From Malacoraja senta (lineage: Eukaryota), in NCBI GenBank assembly GCA_038087875.1, contig CM075990.1:18416001-18480000 (forward strand): DNA of 64,000 nucleotides. Reading direction: 5' to 3'. A model generated the notes under the pieces. That model did not search any database. It had not been told where the DNA came from and worked only from the letters and a program-made list of their open reading frames with translations. Of the stretch, positions 60,101 through 64,000 are shown piece by piece. The stretch's first letter is position 1. Each line of letters starts with the position of its first letter. Made by a program: the position numbers and the translations under genes.

Positions 60101-63100
60101 CGTCGTCTTCGTCGTCGTCTTCGTCGTCGTCTTCTTCGTCGGCGTCGTCTTCGTCGTCATCGTCTTCGTCGTCGTCTTCGTCGTCGTCATCTTCGTCGTC
60201 GTCTTCTTCGTCGTCGTCTACTTCGTCGTCGTCTTCTTCGTCGTCGTCTTCTTCGTCGTCGTTTTCTTCGTCATCGTCTTCTTTGTCGTCGTCTTCTTCG
60301 TCGTCGTCTTCTTCGTCGTCGTCTTCTTCGACGTCGTCTTCTTCTTCGTCGTCTTCTTCGTCGTTGTCTTCTTCGTCGTCGTCTTCTTCGTCGTCGTCTT
60401 CTTCGTCGTCGTCTTCTTCGTCGTCGTCTTCTTCGTCGTCGTCTTCTTCGTCGTCGTCTTCTTCGTCGTCGTCTTCTTCGTCGTCGTCTTCTTCGTCGTC
60501 GTCTTCTTCGTCGTCGTCTTCTTCGTCGTCGACTTCTTCGTCGTCGTCTTCTTCGTCGTCGACTTCTTCGTCGTCGTCTTCTTCGTCGTCGTCTTCTTCG
60601 TCGTCGTCTTCTTCGTCTTCGTCTTCTTCGTCGTCGTCGTCTTCGTCGTCGTCGTCTTCGTCGTCATCTTCATCGTCGTCGTCTTCTTCGTCGTCGTCTT
60701 CTTCGTCGTCGTCTTCTTCGTCGTCGTCTTCTTTGTCGTCGTCTTCTTCGTCGTCGTCGTCGTCGTCGTCTTCTTCGTCGTCGTCGTCTTCTTCGTCGTC
60801 GTCGTCTTTGTCGTCGTCGTCTTCGTCGTCGTCTTCTTCGTCGTCGTCTTCTTCGTCGTCGTCTTCTTCGTCGTCGTCTTCTTCATCGTCGTCTTCTTCG
60901 TCGTCGTCTTCTTTGTCGTCCTCTTCTTCGTCGTCGTCTTCTTCGTCGTCGTCTTCTTCGTCGTTGTCTTCTTCGTCGTCGACTTCTTCGTCGTCGTCTT
61001 CTTCGTCGTCGTCTTCTTCGTCGTCGTCTTCTTCGTCGTCGTCTTCTTCGTCGTCATCGTCTTCGTCGTCGTCGTCTTCGTCGTCGTCTTCATCGTCGTC
61101 GTCTTCTTCGTCGTCGTCTTCTTCGTCGTCGTCTTCTTCGTCGTCGTCGTCTTCGTCGTCGTCGTCTTCGTCGTCAACTTCATCGTCGTCGTCTTCTTCG
61201 TCGTCGTCTTCTTCGTCGTCGTCTTCTTCGTCGTCGTCTTCTTCGTCGTCGTCGTCTTTGTCGTCGTCTTCTTCGTCGTCGTCGTCGTCGTCATCTTCTT
61301 CGTCGTCGTTTTCTTTGTCGTCGTCGTCTTCGTCGTCTTCTTCTTCGTCGTCGTCTTCTTCGTCGTCGTCTTCTTCGTCGTCGTCTTCTTCATCGGCGTC
61401 GTCTTCGTCGTCGTCTTCGTCGTCGTCTTCGTCGTCGTCGTCTTCGTCGTCGTCGTCTTCGTCGTCGTCTTCTTCGTCGTCGTCGTCTTCATCGTCGTCG
61501 TCTTCGTCGTCGTCTTCTTCGTCGTCGTCGTCTTCGTCGTAGTCGTCTTCGTCGTCGTCTTCTTCGTCGTCGTCGTCTTCGTCATCGTCTTCGTCGTCGT
61601 CTTCTTCGTCGTCGTCGTCTTCGTCGTCGTCGTCTTCGTCGTCGTCTTCGTCGTAGTCGTCTTCGTCGTCGCCTTCTTCGTCGTCGTCTTCTTCGTCGTC
61701 GTCTTCTTCGTCGTCGTCTTCTTCGTCGTCGTCTTCTTCGTCGTCGTCTTCTTCGTCGTCGTCTTCTTCGTCGTCGTCTTCTTCGTCGTCGTCTTCTTCG
61801 TCGTCGTCTTCTTCGTCGTCGTCTTCTTCGTCGTCGTCTTCTTCGTCGTCGTCTTCTTCGTCGTCGTCTTCTTCGTCGTCGTCTTCTTCGTCGTCGTCTT
61901 CTTCGTCGTCGTCTTCATCGTCGTTGTCTTCTTCGTCGTCTTCTTCGTCGTCGTCTTCTTCGTCGTCGACTTCTTCGTCGTCGTCTTGTTCGTCGTCGTC
62001 TTGTTCGTCGTCGTCTTCTTCGTCGTCGTCTTCTTCGTCGTCGTCGTCTTCGTCGTCGTCGTCTTCGTCGTCGTCTTCATCATCGTCGTCTTCTTCGTCA
62101 TCGTCTTCTTCGTCGTCGTCTTCGTCGTCGTCGTCTTCGTCGTCGTCGTCTTCGTCGTCGTCGTCGTCATCTTCGTCGTCGTCGTCTTCGTCGTCGTCTT
62201 CGTCGTCGTCGTCTTCGTCGTCGTCGTCTTCGTCGTCGTCGTCTTCGTCGTCGTCGTCTTCGTCGTCGTCTTCTTCGTCGTCGTCTTCTTCGTCGTCGTC
62301 GTCTTCGTCGTCGTCGTCTTCGTCGTCGTCTTCTTCGTCGTCGTCTTCTTCGTCGTCGTCTTCTTCGTCGTCGTCTTCTTCGTCGTCGTCTTCTTCGTCG
62401 TCGTCTTCTTCGTCGTCGTCTTCTTCGTCGTCGTCTTCTTCGTCGTCGTCTTCTTCGTCGTCGTCGTCTTCGTCGTCGTCTTCTTCGTCGTCGTCTTCTT
62501 CGTCGTCGTCTTCTTCGTCGTCGTCTTCTTCGTCGTCGTCTTCATCGTCATCGTCTTCTTCGTCGTCTTCTTCGTCGTCGTCTTCTTCGTCGTCGACTTC
62601 TTCGTCGTCGTCTTCTTCGTCGTCGTCTTCTTCGTCGTCGTCTTCTTCGTCGTCGTCTTCTTCGTCGTCGTCGTCTTCGTCGTCGTCGTCTTCGTCGTCG
62701 TCTTCATCGTCGTCGTCTTCTTCGTCGTCGTCTTCTTCGTCGTCGTCTTCGTCGTCATCTTCGTCATCGTCGTCTTCGTCGTCGTCGTCTTCGTCGTCGT
62801 CGTCTTCGTCGTCGTCGTCTTCGTCGTCGTCGTCTTCGTCGTCGTCGTCTTCGTCGTCGTCTTCTTCGTCGTCGTCGTCTTCGTCGTCGTCGTCTTCGTC
62901 GTCGTCGTCTTCGTCATCGTCTTCTTCGTCGTCGTCTTCTTCGTCGTCGTCTTCTTCGTCGTCGTCTTCTTCGTCGTCGTCTTCTTCGTCGTCGTCTTCT
63001 TCGTCGTCGTCTTCTTCGTCGTCGTCTTCTTCGTCGTCGTCGTCTTCGTCGTCGTCTTCTTCGTCGTCGTCGTCTTCGTCGTCGTCTTCGTCGTCGTCCT

Positions 63101-64000
63101 CTTCGTCGTCGTCGCCTTCGTCGTCGTCGTCTTCGTCGTCGTCTACTTCGTCGTCGTCTTCTTCGTCGTCGTCGTCTTCGTCGTCGTCGTCTTAGTCGTC
63201 GTCTTCTTCGTCGTCGTCGTCTTCGTCGTCGTCGTCTTCGTCGTCGTCTTCTTCGTCGTCGTCGTCTTCGTCGTCGTCGTCTTCGTCGTCGTCTTCGTCG
63301 TCGTCTTCTTCGTCGTCGTCGTCTTCGTCGTCATCGTCTTCGTCGTCGTCTTCGTCGTCGTCATCTTCGTCGTCGTCTTCTTCGTCGTCGTCTACTTCGT
63401 CGTCGTCTTCTTCGTCGTCATCTTCTTCGTCGTCGTTTTCTTCGTCGTCGTCTTCTTCGTCGTCGTCTACTTCGTCGTCGTCTTCTTCGTCGTCATCTTC
63501 TTCGTCGTCGTTTTCTTCGTCGTCGTCTTCTTTGTCGTCGTCTTCTTCGTCGTCGTCTTCTTCGTCGTCGTCTTCTTCGACGTCGTCTTCTTCTTCGTCG
63601 TCTTCTTCGTCGTTGTCTTCCTCGTCGTCGTCTTCTTCGTCGTCGTCTTCTTCGTCGTCGTCTTCTTCGTCGTCGTCTTCTTCGTCATCGTCTTCTTCGT
63701 CGTCGTCTTCTTCGTCGTCGTCTTCTTCGTCGTCGTCTTCTTCGTCGTCGTCTTCTTCGTCGTCGTCTTTTTCGTCGTCGTCTTCTTCGTCGTCGTCTTC
63801 TTCGTCGTCGACTTCTTCGTCGTCGTCTTCTTCGTCGTCGTCTTCTTCGTCGTTGTCTTCTTCGTCTTCGTCTTCTTCGTCGTCGTCGTCTTCGTCGTCG
63901 TCGTCTTCGTCGTCATCTTCATCGTCGTCGTCTTCTTCGTCGTCGTCTTCTTCGTCGTCGTCTTCTTCGTCGTCGTCTTCTTCGTCGTCGTCGTCTTTGT
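51000..64000. repeat. Satellite sub-domain, variant family Y (third block), 2.1-3.2 kb higher-order units
   Basis: TGT-TGT doublets at ~51365, 54002, 56060, 58786 and 61987. Private markers are TCATCGGCG, GTTTTCTTTG and a second TCGTAG (ends 53557, 55615, 58341, 61542). Confidence 0.75.

Larger units (their letters stand above)
1..64000. repeat. Compound (TCG)n(TCT)m satellite array, 15-bp consensus TCGTCGTCGTCTTCT / TCGTCGTCGTCGTCT (minus strand GAAGAAGACGACGAC-type); runs off both ends of the window
   Basis: Every line consists of TCG and TCT triplets in mostly 5-triplet units, about 4,300 monomers (64000/15). The plus strand is almost free of A. Orientation never switches and there is no unique insert. 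Confidence 0.99.

Noticed and set aside
1..64000. CRISPR array or similar repeat-spacer system
   Set aside because: There are no unique spacers, leader or associated genes; variation consists of point variants of one monomer.
1..64000. Telomerase-synthesised variable telomeric repeat
   Set aside because: There are no G-runs, and variant patterns are copied over kilobases, which indicates recombinational amplification rather than de novo template addition.
1..64000. Transposon, rRNA/tRNA gene, promoter CpG island or inversion
   Set aside because: No complex sequence, terminal repeats or orientation switch was seen. The CpG richness comes from the monomer itself.
1..64000. Assignment to a taxon or named satellite family
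   Set aside because: The resemblance to GAA-containing satellites is only compositional, and no database search was possible.
1..64000. Pure sequencing artefact or random low-complexity noise
   Set aside because: Rare variants recur in ordered blocks with copy-private CpG-type differences, as expected of a real evolving array. Individual duplications still need read support.

Overview
The whole 64 kb window is one uninterrupted, single-orientation tandem satellite. It is built from TCG and TCT triplets (GAC/GAA on the minus strand). The dominant monomer is 15 bp, either TCGTCGTCGTCTTCT or its one-base variant TCGTCGTCGTCGTCT, with occasional 12/18/21-bp units. I see no unique sequence, RNA gene, transposon, CRISPR array or credible gene. 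The huge poly-S, V/F, K/T, R and D/E ORFs are the six translations of the repeat. The information lies in rare point variants, which act as barcodes. They reveal nested higher-order structure: tandem duplications of 420, 1161, ~1497, 1689, ~2058-3200, 2988 and ~5800 bp, dispersed copies ~19.4 and ~27-31 kb apart, and two variant families alternating Y-X-Y-X-Y with a roughly 30 kb period. CpG transitions are strand-biased. Non-triplet indels cluster in three patches and look like consensus errors. Organism and function (e.g. centromeric or heterochromatic) cannot be determined from this sequence. All offsets and counts were read by eye, and block boundaries are approximate.
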